DNA of 64,000 nt, from contig CAXQZU010000036.1 of assembly GCA_964228555.1 (NCBI GenBank), positions 39,867 to 103,866 of the forward strand, read 5' to 3'. Position 1 is the stretch's first letter. Each line of letters opens with the position of its first letter. The position numbers and the translations under genes are program-made. The DNA is from Planctomycetota bacterium. GTDB lineage: Bacteria > Planctomycetota > PLA2 > JAEUHO01. The notes below the pieces were generated by a model. The model was not told the DNA's origin, made no database searches, and worked only from the letters and a program-made list of their open reading frames with translations. Of this stretch, positions 13,434-23,055 are shown in pieces.

Positions 13434-15830
13434 ATGGCCTCCCCGACGCTCGCCTACCTGTGGAACGGCTGGGGCCTCGTGGCGCTGGGCGGTGCCCTCA
13501 CGGCGGTGCCCATCGTCATCCACCTGCTCAACCGCCGGCGCGTGCGGGTGGTGCCGTGGGCGGCGATGACCTTCCTGCGCGCGGCGCTCAAGCGCAACCA
13601 GCGGCGCCTGCAGCTGGAGAACTGGCTGGTGCTGGCGCTGCGCGTCCTGGCGGTGGCCTTGCTGGGCCTCGCGCTGGCGCGCCCGGTGGTCACCGACAGC
13701 GCGCTGGCGGGGCTCGCCGGCCAGCGGCGCAGCCTCTACCTGCTGCTGGACACCAGCGCGAGCGTCGGCGCCCGGCGCGAGGCGCGCTCGGTGCTGGATG
13801 CGCTCAAGGCCGAGGCGGCGCAGGCGCTGGAGGCACTCGACGGGCAGGACACCTTCTGCGTGGTGCTCACCAACGACCCGCGCGTGGACGCCGCCTCGGG
13901 GCGGGCGCCCGCCGTGCTGGTGCCCCGCACCAGCGGCAGCACGGCCCTGTCCAAGGCCAAGGAGTCGGTGGCCGCGCTGGCCACCCGCGAGGCCCCGGCT
14001 GCGTGGGCCGATGCGTGGGCCCTGCTGGCGCAGCAGTTCGCCAACGAGGACGCGGGCCGGCAGGTCGTGGTCGTCACCGACCTGACCGCGCGCGACCACG
14101 TGCTGGGCGCGGCCCGCGACCGCACCGGCGAGGCGCTGCGCGCCCTCGTGCGCCGCGGCGCGCGCATCACCTACGTGGACGTGGGTGGCGCCGCCGACAG
14201 CCGTCACAACCTCGCGGTCAGCGCGGTGGAGCTGCGCGGCGACCGGCCGGCCTTCCCCGGGCGCGGGCTGTCCCTGGGCGTGCGCGTGGCCAACCACGGT
14301 CCCGACGAGGTGCGCGGCGCGCTGGTCACCGTGATCGTGGAGGACGAGCGCGGCGAGGCGTGGCGCAAGCGGCGGGTGGCTCCGCCACTGCCCGCCGTCG
14401 ACCCGCTCACGGGCGCGCCCGGCGTGGCCGTGGTGGACGTGGATGCCCCGGCCGGCACCTTCCGCGCGCCGGGCGCCTTCCACGTGCGTGCCAGCATCGA
14501 CCCGCCCGCGACGCAGCCCGGCGCGGATGCGCTGGCGCTGGACAGCACGCGCTGGGCGGCGCTGGACGTGCGCGACCGCGTGCGCGTGCTGGCGTGGACG
14601 CGTGCCAGCCAGGGCGCGCGCCAGGTGCCACTGTCGCTGCTGCGGCCCATCTTCGATCCCGTGCCGCAGGAGGGCACGACCGGCGCCTCGCCCGCGCCGC
14701 CCGCCTTCGAGTTCTCGCACGCGGACAGCGAGTCCACCTTCGCGGCGCGCCTGGCCGCCTCCACCGGCCGGCCCGACCTCGTCGTGCTGGCCAACACGGC
14801 CCCGCGCACGGCCTCCACCATGGCCGCGCTGCGCCAGCACGTGCTCGATGGCGGTGGCCTGCTGGCCTTCATGGGCGACGCCATCGACCCGGCGATGTGG
14901 AAGGAGCCTCCCGGCATGGCCGAGGAGGCCGCCGGCCCGCTGCTGCCCGTGGCGCTGGAGCCCGCCAGCGTGCCCGCCCGCAACGCGGGCGACCCCGCGC
15001 CCTACCGCCTCGACCTCGCCACGCCCAGCGACGAGCCGTGGGCGCGTGCCTTCAGCGGGCCCGAGGTGGCGCTGTGGCTGGGCCGCTTCCCGCCTGACGT
15101 GCTGGGCCGGCTGGCGCTGGCCGAGCCCGCTGCGCCGCAGGCCAGCGGCCCGCGCGCGGCGCGCGTGGTGCTGCGCTGGGTGGAGGGTCGCGGGCCCGCG
15201 ATGGTCGAGGGGCGCCTGGGCCTGGGCCGCACGCTCTGGGTGGGCACGAGCGCCGACGAGGGCTGGCTGCGCCTGGGCGTGCCCTTCTTCCTGCCCGTGT
15301 TCCTCGACGAGGCGGCCTTCCACCTCGTGCAAGGCGAGTCCACGCCACGCTCGCTGCTCGTGGGCGATGCGCTCGAGGCGGTGCTGCCGCGCGGCGCAGA
15401 GGGCGAGCGGCTCGAGGGCCCGGGAGGCCGGGATGCCTCGCTGCGCCTGCTGTCGGCAGAGACCGCCGCCGCCCGCCGCCGCGTGGCCTGCGAGGTGACC
15501 GGCACCGTCGGCGCGTGGAGGCTCACGTCCCGCGTGGACGGCAGCCGCACTGCGACGGCGTGGCACGCGGTCAACGTGGATCCCGACGAGGGCTCGCTGC
15601 TGCGCGCCGACCCCCAGGCGGTGGTGGCCAGCGCCGGCCCCGAGGCGCCCGTGGAGGTGGTCACCAGCCTGCGGGCGATGGCGACCACGACGCAGGAGGT
15701 GCGCGAGGGGGAGCTGGCGCGCGTGCTGCTGGCCATCGTGCTCGGCCTGCTGCTGGCCGAGTCCCTGCTGGCCCACCTGCTGGGCCGTCGTGCGCGCGCC
15801 GCCGAGGGCGGCCCGGGGAGCGCGGCATGA
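13434..15830 (+). CDS. BatA-like membrane protein with an N-terminal double-TM domain (798 aa)
   Basis: MASPTLAYLWNGWGLVALGGALTAVPIVIHLLNRRR...WLVLALRVLAVALLGLALARP...LLLDTSASVG. The N-terminal two-TM aerotolerance-like domain and a C-terminal TM (VLLAIVLGLLLAESLL). Confidence 0.75.
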   Translation: MASPTLAYLWNGWGLVALGGALTAVPIVIHLLNRRRVRVVPWAAMTFLRAALKRNQRRLQLENWLVLALRVLAVALLGLALARPVVTDSALAGLAGQRRSLYLLLDTSASVGARREARSVLDALKAEAAQALEALDGQDTFCVVLTNDPRVDAASGRAPAVLVPRTSGSTALSKAKESVAALATREAPAAWADAWALLAQQFANEDAGRQVVVVTDLTARDHVLGAARDRTGEALRALVRRGARITYVDVGGAADSRHNLAVSAVELRGDRPAFPGRGLSLGVRVANHGPDEVRGALVTVIVEDERGEAWRKRRVAPPLPAVDPLTGAPGVAVVDVDAPAGTFRAPGAFHVRASIDPPATQPGADALALDSTRWAALDVRDRVRVLAWTRASQGARQVPLSLLRPIFDPVPQEGTTGASPAPPAFEFSHADSESTFAARLAASTGRPDLVVLANTAPRTASTMAALRQHVLDGGGLLAFMGDAIDPAMWKEPPGMAEEAAGPLLPVALEPASVPARNAGDPAPYRLDLATPSDEPWARAFSGPEVALWLGRFPPDVLGRLALAEPAAPQASGPRAARVVLRWVEGRGPAMVEGRLGLGRTLWVGTSADEGWLRLGVPFFLPVFLDEAAFHLVQGESTPRSLLVGDALEAVLPRGAEGERLEGPGGRDASLRLLSAETAAARRRVACEVTGTVGAWRLTSRVDGSRTATAWHAVNVDPDEGSLLRADPQAVVASAGPEAPVEVVTSLRAMATTTQEVREGELARVLLAIVLGLLLAESLLAHLLGRRARAAEGGPGSAA

Positions 15831-18604
15831 CGCCCCTCGTCGATCCCGCCGGACTCCTCCCGCTGCTGCGTGGCCTCCCCTGCGGACCGCTCGCGGAGGT
15901 GCGCGTGGAGGCGGGCGAGTGGCGCTGGACCAGCCTGCCGGCGCCCTGGGCGCTGACGCTGGTGGTGGTGGCCGTGGTGCTCCTGGCCCGCTGGCTCTAC
16001 CAGCGCGAGCGCGGCACCACCGGCAAGGCGCCGCGCGTGCTGCTGGGCGGCCTGCGCGCGCTGGCCCTGCTGCTGGTGCTGCTGGCCATGGCCGGCCCCT
16101 ACCGCGAGGAGGTGCGCACCAGCGAGGACAAGAGCCACCTCGTCGTCCTGCTGGACACCAGCGCCTCCATGGCCAACGAGGATCTCTACACCCCCGCCGA
16201 GGAGCAGCGCCTGCTGGAGGCGGGCTGGCCGGAGGGCTCGGGCACCCCCCGGCCCGCACGGCTGGCGGGCAGCGAGGGCGCGACGCGGCTGGGGCTGGCC
16301 CGCCGCGTGCTCGCGGCCCGCGAGGGGGCCTTGCTGCGCCGCCTCGCCGACCGCTTCGTGCTCCACGTGTTCGCCTTCGACGAGGACTGGCGCTCGCTGG
16401 GCAGCACGGCCGAGCCGGCCGGCGAGCGTCCCCCGGGCGCCGGGCAGCCGGCGCGGGATCCCGTGGCGGGCATCCTCGCGGCGCTGGAGGCGCAGGCCCC
16501 CAGCGGGCCGCGCACGCGCATCGGCGTCGCGCTGCGCAACGTGGCCTCGCAGTTCCTGGGCCGCGCCGACCAGCGCCTCGCCGGCGTGGTGCTGGTCACC
16601 GACGGGCAGGACACGGGCGAGGGCGACACCCCGCTGGAGATGCTGGCCGCGCTGCCGGGGGCGGAGCAGCTCTCGGTGTACGCCGTGGGCATGGGCAACC
16701 CGGACAGCGACAAGAACCTGCGCGTGGAGCCGGTGCGCGCCAAGGACGTGGTGCTGGTGCGCGACCAGGTGCTGTTCGAGGCCGACCTGCGACAGAAGGG
16801 CCTCACGGGCGTGGGCCCGGTGACGGCCCGGCTCGAGGTGGAGCAGGTGGCCGACGGCGAGGGCCGGCCCATGCCGCCGCGGCGCGTGGACCTCGTGGAT
16901 GACGCGCGCACGCGCGCCAGCGTGGAGGTCGCGGCGCTGCCGGCCGAGGAGCAGCCCACGCCCGTCCGCCTGCGCGCGCCCTTCGACGAGCCGGGCACCT
17001 ACCGAGTGACGGTGCGGGCCAGCCTGCCTGCCGGGCGCGAGCGCGAGGATGCCATCCTCGACGACAACGCCGCCACGCACGAGCTGCGCGTGGTGGACAC
17101 CAGCATCCGCGTGCTCTACGTGGACCGCGACGCACGCTGGGAGCTGCGCTTCCTGGGCACCTACCTCACGCGCGAGGCCCCCACCCGCACCGGCTCGGCC
17201 GGCGGCGGGCTGCGCAACCGCTTCCTGACGCACGTGCTGCAGCAGACCGCCGACCCCACGGTGCAGATGCCGCACACGCCGGGGCCCGACATCTTCAAGC
17301 GCCCGCTGCGCGAGTTCCCTGCCACGCGCGAGGCGCTCTTCGCCTACGACGTGCTGCTGCTGGGCGACGTGGACCTCAACGCACTGGCCGGCGGCCAGCC
17401 GGCCCGCAAGCAGGAGATCCTCGCGCTGGTACGCTCCTTCGTCGAGGAGGGCGGCGGGATCGCGCTGCAGGCCGGCAGCGAGATGAACACGACGCTGGCG
17501 ATGCTGGGCACGCCGCTGGCCGACCTGCTGCCGGTGAGCGTCACGGAGGCCGACCGCAAGGCCACGGACGCGCTGGACACCACGCGCGAGTTCCGCCTGC
17601 GACTCACGGAGGCCGGCCGGCAGCACCCGGCCTTCAACATCCTGCCCCCCGGCCGCGACGGCGAGCAGATGGACCCGGCGCGCGTGGCCACGGTGTGGGC
17701 CCACGAGGACCCCAAGGTGGACATCGCGCGCCGCTGGGCGTGGTACTGGGGCTACCGCTGCCTCGGCGGCCTGCGGCCCGGCGCCGTGGCGCTGGCCACC
17801 GCCTTCCGGCCTGGCCAGCCCGACGCGCGCGACGTGCTCGACGGCCGCGACGAGCCGATGGTGCTGGTGGCCACCAAGTCCTTCGGCCGGGGCCGCGTGT
17901 TCTGGCTGGGCCTCGACGACATGTGGCGCATCCGCCACGGGCACGGCGACACCTACTACGGCGCGTTCTGGGAACAGGTCGTGCGCGACCTCGCCACGTA
18001 CCGCCTGCTGGGCGGCAACAAGCGCTTCAAGATCTTCCCGCGCGACGAGGAGGTGGCCGTCGGCGACACGGCCGAGATCCTCATCACCGCGCTCGACGAG
18101 CGCTACCGGCCGCTGGACACGCCGTGGCTGGACGGCGTGCACGTGGAGCTGCCCGACAGCGGCGTGCCGGGCAGCGGCGGGCGCATCGACCTCGAGGGCG
18201 AGAGCCGCCCCGAGCGCAACACCGACCCCGACGCGGCGCCGGGCGAGTACCGCTTCCGCATCCCCGTGACGCGTCCCGGGAGCTACCTCGTGTGGATCGA
18301 GCAGCGCGGCGACGTACGCGACGGCGGCGAGCGCGCCGAGCGCCGCTTCCGCGGCGTGGCGCGCTCGCGCGAGGATGCGCTGCGCCTGCCCAACCACCAG
18401 GCGCTGGCCGCCATCGCGGCCGAGACGCGGGGCCAGGTGGTGCGGCTGTCGCAGCTGGGGGAGCTCTCGCCTCCGGCCCAGACGGTGACGCGCGTGCTCA
18501 ACCGCACCCGCAAGGACCAGTGGGACAAGGCGTGGGTGCTGTGGCTGCTGGTGGGCGTGCTGGGCCTGGAGTGGGCGCTTCGCAAGCGCTTCCAGATGAT
18601 CTAG
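15827..18604 (+). CDS. BatB-like transmembrane von Willebrand factor A protein (925 aa)
   Basis: The start ATG overlaps the upstream stop (ATGA). TM (ALTLVVVAVVLLARWLY; LALLLVLLAMAGPY) is followed by a MIDAS-like VVLLDTSASMANED and a large extracytoplasmic domain. A C-terminal TM (WVLWLLVGVLGLEWAL). Confidence 0.75.
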   Translation: MTPLVDPAGLLPLLRGLPCGPLAEVRVEAGEWRWTSLPAPWALTLVVVAVVLLARWLYQRERGTTGKAPRVLLGGLRALALLLVLLAMAGPYREEVRTSEDKSHLVVLLDTSASMANEDLYTPAEEQRLLEAGWPEGSGTPRPARLAGSEGATRLGLARRVLAAREGALLRRLADRFVLHVFAFDEDWRSLGSTAEPAGERPPGAGQPARDPVAGILAALEAQAPSGPRTRIGVALRNVASQFLGRADQRLAGVVLVTDGQDTGEGDTPLEMLAALPGAEQLSVYAVGMGNPDSDKNLRVEPVRAKDVVLVRDQVLFEADLRQKGLTGVGPVTARLEVEQVADGEGRPMPPRRVDLVDDARTRASVEVAALPAEEQPTPVRLRAPFDEPGTYRVTVRASLPAGREREDAILDDNAATHELRVVDTSIRVLYVDRDARWELRFLGTYLTREAPTRTGSAGGGLRNRFLTHVLQQTADPTVQMPHTPGPDIFKRPLREFPATREALFAYDVLLLGDVDLNALAGGQPARKQEILALVRSFVEEGGGIALQAGSEMNTTLAMLGTPLADLLPVSVTEADRKATDALDTTREFRLRLTEAGRQHPAFNILPPGRDGEQMDPARVATVWAHEDPKVDIARRWAWYWGYRCLGGLRPGAVALATAFRPGQPDARDVLDGRDEPMVLVATKSFGRGRVFWLGLDDMWRIRHGHGDTYYGAFWEQVVRDLATYRLLGGNKRFKIFPRDEEVAVGDTAEILITALDERYRPLDTPWLDGVHVELPDSGVPGSGGRIDLEGESRPERNTDPDAAPGEYRFRIPVTRPGSYLVWIEQRGDVRDGGERAERRFRGVARSREDALRLPNHQALAAIAAETRGQVVRLSQLGELSPPAQTVTRVLNRTRKDQWDKAWVLWLLVGVLGLEWALRKRFQMI

Positions 18605-18682
18605 CGGCGGCGCGTGCCCGCGGGGGCGTCGGGCGCCCGGCGCGGGCACGGCGCTGCCCCGCGGCCGGGTAGAGTCCGGCCC

Positions 18683-21600
18683 ATGCGCCGGATCCGCCTC
18701 GCCCTGCTGCTGCTGGCCGCCGCACTCGCCGGTAGCGTGGCGCGCGGCGAGGAGCCGGAGGTGCGTGCGCGTGCCTTCGGGCTGCGGGACACCAGCGAGG
18801 GTCGCCACGCCGTGCAGGAGGCGGCGCGCCTGCACGCCGCGGGCGAGGTGGAACGGGCGCTGCGCGTGGCCCAGTCGGGCCTGGAGCGCCATGGCGAGGA
18901 CGCCTACCTCGAGGAGCAGGCGCAGGCCTCGGAGCGCTGGCGTCCCGTCGCGCAGGTGCTGGAGGCCTGGCTGCTGGCGCTGCCGGACGCGGACCGTGCC
19001 CTCTACGATGCGCAGTGCCTGCCCGCCGTCGAGCCGCTGCTGGCCGCAGCGCGCCGCCTCGGCGACACGGCCCCGCTGGAGGAGGTGCGACGCCGGTTCC
19101 GGGCCAGCCGCCACGGGCTGGAGGCCAGCCTGCTCCTCATGGAGCGCGCTGCGGAGGCCGGCGATGCTCGCCGGGTGGCCCGCCTGGCCGAGGAGGTCGT
19201 GACGCGCGAGCCGCAGGCGGCCACCGCATGGTGGCGCTGGATGGAAGCCCTCGGCACGCTGGGCGATGGCGCGGCCCTCGAGCGGCTGGCGCCCCCGGCG
19301 GGGCTCGTGGCCCGCACGGCCCGCGGCGAGGTGGCCTTGGCCGCCCGGCTGGAAGGGCTGCGCGCCGAGTCGGCCGCCCGTGCGAGGCCGGCAGGCTGGC
19401 CCGCCTGGGGCGGCGCCTCCCACCGCACGCTGCACCCGGCCCCGGCGGGGCGCACCGTGGGCCTGCGCTGGTCGCTGGACACGACGCTGGCCCCGCGCGA
19501 GCACGACGTGCCCGGGCGCGAGATGGAAGGCGACGAGCAGGTGACCTTCGTGGCCACGCTCGCCTCCTGCTTCCCCATGTTCCCGGCCAGCGACGGTCGC
19601 GCCCTGTTCGTGGCGGACGGCCGCAGCGTGCGCGCCATCGACCTCTACGGCGGGCGCACGCTGTGGGCGCTGGAGCGCGCCCAGGCCGGCCTCCCGCTGG
19701 CCGAGGCGCGCAGCTGGTTGCGCGGGCGCAGCGCCATCGACCGGCCCTTCGCCCCCACCCTGTGGCGTGACAGCGTCATCGCCACGGTCGAGGTCCAGGT
19801 GGACTGGACCGAGGAGCGCGTGCTGGGCACGCAGACCAACTACTACATGCCGCGCCGCACGCTGGTGGCGCTGGCGCAGGACAGCGGCGCGCTGCGCTGG
19901 CGCATGGGGGCGCAGGGCCTGGACCGGGAGCGCCTGCGCAACGTGCACGTGTGCGGCGAGCCGGTGGTCGTGGACGACACCGTCGTGGCCGTGGTGTCAC
20001 GCTACGCCGGCTACGAGCAGGTGTCGGTGGTGGGCCTGGAGGCGGCCACGGGCCGCCTGCGCTGGGAGCGGCAGCTGGCCTACGGGCAGCAGGAGACCAA
20101 CCTGTTCGGCAATCCGGTCAAGGAGTTCAGCGCGGGCGCGGCCTCGGCGCGCGATGGCGTGGCCTACGCCTCCACGGGGCTGGGCTGCCTGTGCGCCGTG
20201 CGCGTGCAGGACGGGGCGCTGCTGTGGCTGGCCTCCTACGACAACATCCCCATCCAGCCGGTGCAGGCCTGGTACCAGCCGCGCATCCGCGTGCCCCTGG
20301 CGGGCCCGACGGCGCCGCTGGTGACGCCGTCGCTGGTGGTGGTGGCGCCGGGCGATGCGCGCCACGTCTCGGCCTACGAGCGCGACAGCGGCCGGCTGCG
20401 CTGGCGCGTGAGCCTCGAGGAGGGCGTGCGCGCCGGCCACGGCGCGCTGCGCCACGTGCTGGGGCTGGCACAGGTGGCCGGCCGCGAGGCCTTGATCGTC
20501 ACGGGCGCCAGCGTGCAGGCGCTGGACCTTGCCACGGGACGCCTGCTGGCCCGCGGCGGCCTCGAGGAGGAGCCCGGCACGGAGCCGCGCGCGCTCGGCC
20601 AGGGCCTCGTGCGCGGCCGCGAGGTGCTGGTGCCCACCCGCGTGGGCCTGCAGCGCTTCTCGCTGGACGGCGAGCTCAAGCTGCTGGGCGTGGACCCGTG
20701 GCCAAGGGACGCCGGCCCGGGCAACCTCGTCTCGGTGGGCAACGTGCTGGTGGTCACAGGCCGCGGGCCGGTGCAGGCGCACTACGCATGGGAAGAGGTC
20801 GAGCGAGAGCTGGCCCGCCGGCGGCGCGAGCGGCCGGACGACGCCGAGGTGCTGCTGGAGGCGGGCGACCTCTACCTGCGCGGGCGAGGGCCGGGCGAGG
20901 CGCGCGCGGCCTTCCGGGCTGCGCTGGAGGTCGCCGCCCCGGGCAGCGTGCTCGCCGACCGCGCGCGCCGTGGCCTGTTCGACGCGTGGATGGCCGAGGG
21001 CCGGCTGCGCGCGGCCGAGGAGGCCGGGCGCGGCGCGCCGGCGTGGCGCGAGGCCCTGCAGGTGGCCGTCTCGCCGGCCGAGCGTGTCGAGGCCCGGCTG
21101 GCACTGGACCAGGCGCTCGCCTCGCGCCACGAGGAGCGCATCGACAACCTCGAGCGGCTCTACGAGGAGGCGGGTGACGAGCTGACGCGCCTGGATGGCA
21201 TGGACACCGGCCTGAGCGTGCGCGTGCTGGCGCTGCTGCGCATCGCGCGCGCCGAGGAGGCCGCCCAGCGCGCGCCCCAGGCCGTCGCGGCCCTGCAGCG
21301 CCTGCTGGCGCTGCACGGGGAGGAGGTCGTCGCGGCCGAGCGCGCCAGCGCGCTGGCACGCCGGCGCATCGCGGCCCTGCTGGAGCGCTTCGGGCCCGGG
21401 GCCTACGCCGAGCAGGAAGCCCTCGCGCGCACCGAGCTCGATGCGGCGCGCAGCGCCGGCGACGTGGCCCGCCTCGAGCGCGTGCTGCTCGCCTGGCCCA
21501 ACGCCGCCGTCGTGCCGGAGGCCCGCCTGGCGCTGGGCCGGGCCCGGCTGGAGGCCGGCCAGGCGCAGGGCGCGCTGGCCCCGCTGCTGGACCTCTACGC

Positions 21601-23002
21601 GCAGGCACCCGACCGGCCCGACGGGCGCGAGGCCCTCGGCCTGGTGGCCCGGGCGCTCGAGGCGCTCGGCGCGCGCGGCGCCCTGCGGGCGGTGCGCAGC
21701 GTGCTCGCGCCGGCGGGCGCGACGCCCGCCAGCGTCCCGCCGGCGGCCGCCGAGGCGGGTGCGCTGGCCTTGCCGCTGCGCCTCGTCGAGGCGGAGCCGC
21801 GCGGCGACGAGGACGTGGTGCTGCCCCTGCCCGTGGCCAGCGAGGCTGGCGTGGCCGTGCCCCTGGCGCTCACCTCGCGCGGCGGCACGCTGCGCGCATG
21901 GAGCCTCGCCAGCGGCCGCCTGGCCTTCGAGCGGCCGGACGCACACGCTTCGCGCGCCGCCTGGTGCGAGGGCACGCTGCTGGCCTCGCTGCGCAGCAGC
22001 CTGCATGCGCTGGACCCGGCCACCGGCCAGACGCGCTGGACGCAGGACCGGCTGCGCTCGCTGCACGACATCGCCGTGGGTCCCGGGCTCGTCGTCGTGC
22101 TGGGCCAGCGCGCGGCCGATGCCGGCGGCGAGCGCGTGCTGGAGGCGTACGACGCCACCACGGGCCTGCTGCTGTGGAGCACGCCCCTGGGGCAGGAGCC
22201 CGTGTTCCAGCTGCAGCTCGGCGGGCCGCACGTGCTGCTCTCGCGGCAGGTGCAGCAGGCCGGCGCGCGGAGCACCCGCACGCTGGTCTTCGACCTGCTG
22301 TGTGGCGCCCTGCGCACCACCATCAACCCGCCGGGCCAGCTGGACCTGCGCGAGGTGCTGCTCCCGGGCCAGGTGCTCGTGGCCGGTCCTGCCCGGTCCG
22401 GCCCGGGACGCAGCGTGAGCTGCCTGCGACTGCCGGACGGCGAGCCCGCGTGGAGCACGCCCCTGGAAGACCCCGCCTACGTCACGGCGCTGCTCCCCCA
22501 CCGTGACGACGTGTGGGTGCTGCAGCACGGCGGCGCGCTCACCCGCCTCGCGCTGGCGACGGGCGAGGTGCGCTCGCGTACCAAGGTGGCCACGGGCCTG
22601 GCCCACGCGCGGCCCGCCTTCGGCACCAGCCTGCGCATGCACGGCGACCTGCTCGTGATGATGGCGCTGGGTGCCCGCGGGGCCAGCCCGCTGCTCGCCT
22701 TCGACACGGCCAGCGGCAAGCTGCGCTGGGCCGTGGAGGCCGACCCGCTCGCACAGTCCCAGCAGCACGCCCTGCTGGCCGTGGGCGACCACCTGCTCGC
22801 GCTGTGGACAGGCGAGGACGCCAACCGGGTGCGGCAGGCCCGCCTGAAGGTCGTGCGCGCCGCCGACGGCACCGTCGAGCAGGAGGTGGACCAGCTGCTG
22901 GCCGGGCCCCACGGCGTGGTGGCCGTCGCCGCCGGCCCGGGCGCCGTGCTGCTGGTGGCCGACGGCGGGGCCGCCAGCTACGGCCCGGCCAGCCCCCGCT
23001 AG
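18683..23002 (+). CDS. Secreted 1439-aa protein with TPR-like helical repeats and PQQ-like beta-propellers
   Basis: Signal peptide MRRIRLALLLLAAALAGSVARGEEP. Helical TPR-like stretches alternate with propeller-blade repeats (GRLRWERQLAY; DGALLWLASYD; GRLRWRVSLEEG; GQTRWTQDR; GLLLWSTPLG; GKLRWAVEAD). This corresponds to the TPR gene position (BatC-like) of Bat operons. Confidence 0.7.
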   Translation: MRRIRLALLLLAAALAGSVARGEEPEVRARAFGLRDTSEGRHAVQEAARLHAAGEVERALRVAQSGLERHGEDAYLEEQAQASERWRPVAQVLEAWLLALPDADRALYDAQCLPAVEPLLAAARRLGDTAPLEEVRRRFRASRHGLEASLLLMERAAEAGDARRVARLAEEVVTREPQAATAWWRWMEALGTLGDGAALERLAPPAGLVARTARGEVALAARLEGLRAESAARARPAGWPAWGGASHRTLHPAPAGRTVGLRWSLDTTLAPREHDVPGREMEGDEQVTFVATLASCFPMFPASDGRALFVADGRSVRAIDLYGGRTLWALERAQAGLPLAEARSWLRGRSAIDRPFAPTLWRDSVIATVEVQVDWTEERVLGTQTNYYMPRRTLVALAQDSGALRWRMGAQGLDRERLRNVHVCGEPVVVDDTVVAVVSRYAGYEQVSVVGLEAATGRLRWERQLAYGQQETNLFGNPVKEFSAGAASARDGVAYASTGLGCLCAVRVQDGALLWLASYDNIPIQPVQAWYQPRIRVPLAGPTAPLVTPSLVVVAPGDARHVSAYERDSGRLRWRVSLEEGVRAGHGALRHVLGLAQVAGREALIVTGASVQALDLATGRLLARGGLEEEPGTEPRALGQGLVRGREVLVPTRVGLQRFSLDGELKLLGVDPWPRDAGPGNLVSVGNVLVVTGRGPVQAHYAWEEVERELARRRRERPDDAEVLLEAGDLYLRGRGPGEARAAFRAALEVAAPGSVLADRARRGLFDAWMAEGRLRAAEEAGRGAPAWREALQVAVSPAERVEARLALDQALASRHEERIDNLERLYEEAGDELTRLDGMDTGLSVRVLALLRIARAEEAAQRAPQAVAALQRLLALHGEEVVAAERASALARRRIAALLERFGPGAYAEQEALARTELDAARSAGDVARLERVLLAWPNAAVVPEARLALGRARLEAGQAQGALAPLLDLYAQAPDRPDGREALGLVARALEALGARGALRAVRSVLAPAGATPASVPPAAAEAGALALPLRLVEAEPRGDEDVVLPLPVASEAGVAVPLALTSRGGTLRAWSLASGRLAFERPDAHASRAAWCEGTLLASLRSSLHALDPATGQTRWTQDRLRSLHDIAVGPGLVVVLGQRAADAGGERVLEAYDATTGLLLWSTPLGQEPVFQLQLGGPHVLLSRQVQQAGARSTRTLVFDLLCGALRTTINPPGQLDLREVLLPGQVLVAGPARSGPGRSVSCLRLPDGEPAWSTPLEDPAYVTALLPHRDDVWVLQHGGALTRLALATGEVRSRTKVATGLAHARPAFGTSLRMHGDLLVMMALGARGASPLLAFDTASGKLRWAVEADPLAQSQQHALLAVGDHLLALWTGEDANRVRQARLKVVRAADGTVEQEVDQLLAGPHGVVAVAAGPGAVLLVADGGAASYGPASPR

Positions 23003-23055
23003 GGCCGGCCGGACGGGCCGGGCCGCCCGCCCCGGCAGCGGATAGCATCCCGCCC

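Noticed and set aside
15002-22912. Long minus-strand ORFs (15002..19948, 19997..22912) and plus-strand 33033..36335, 27445..30204(-), 24134..26683(-)
   Set aside because: All are antisense or alternate-frame to genes with clear domain content, and all are R/A/G/P/H-rich low-complexity translations.
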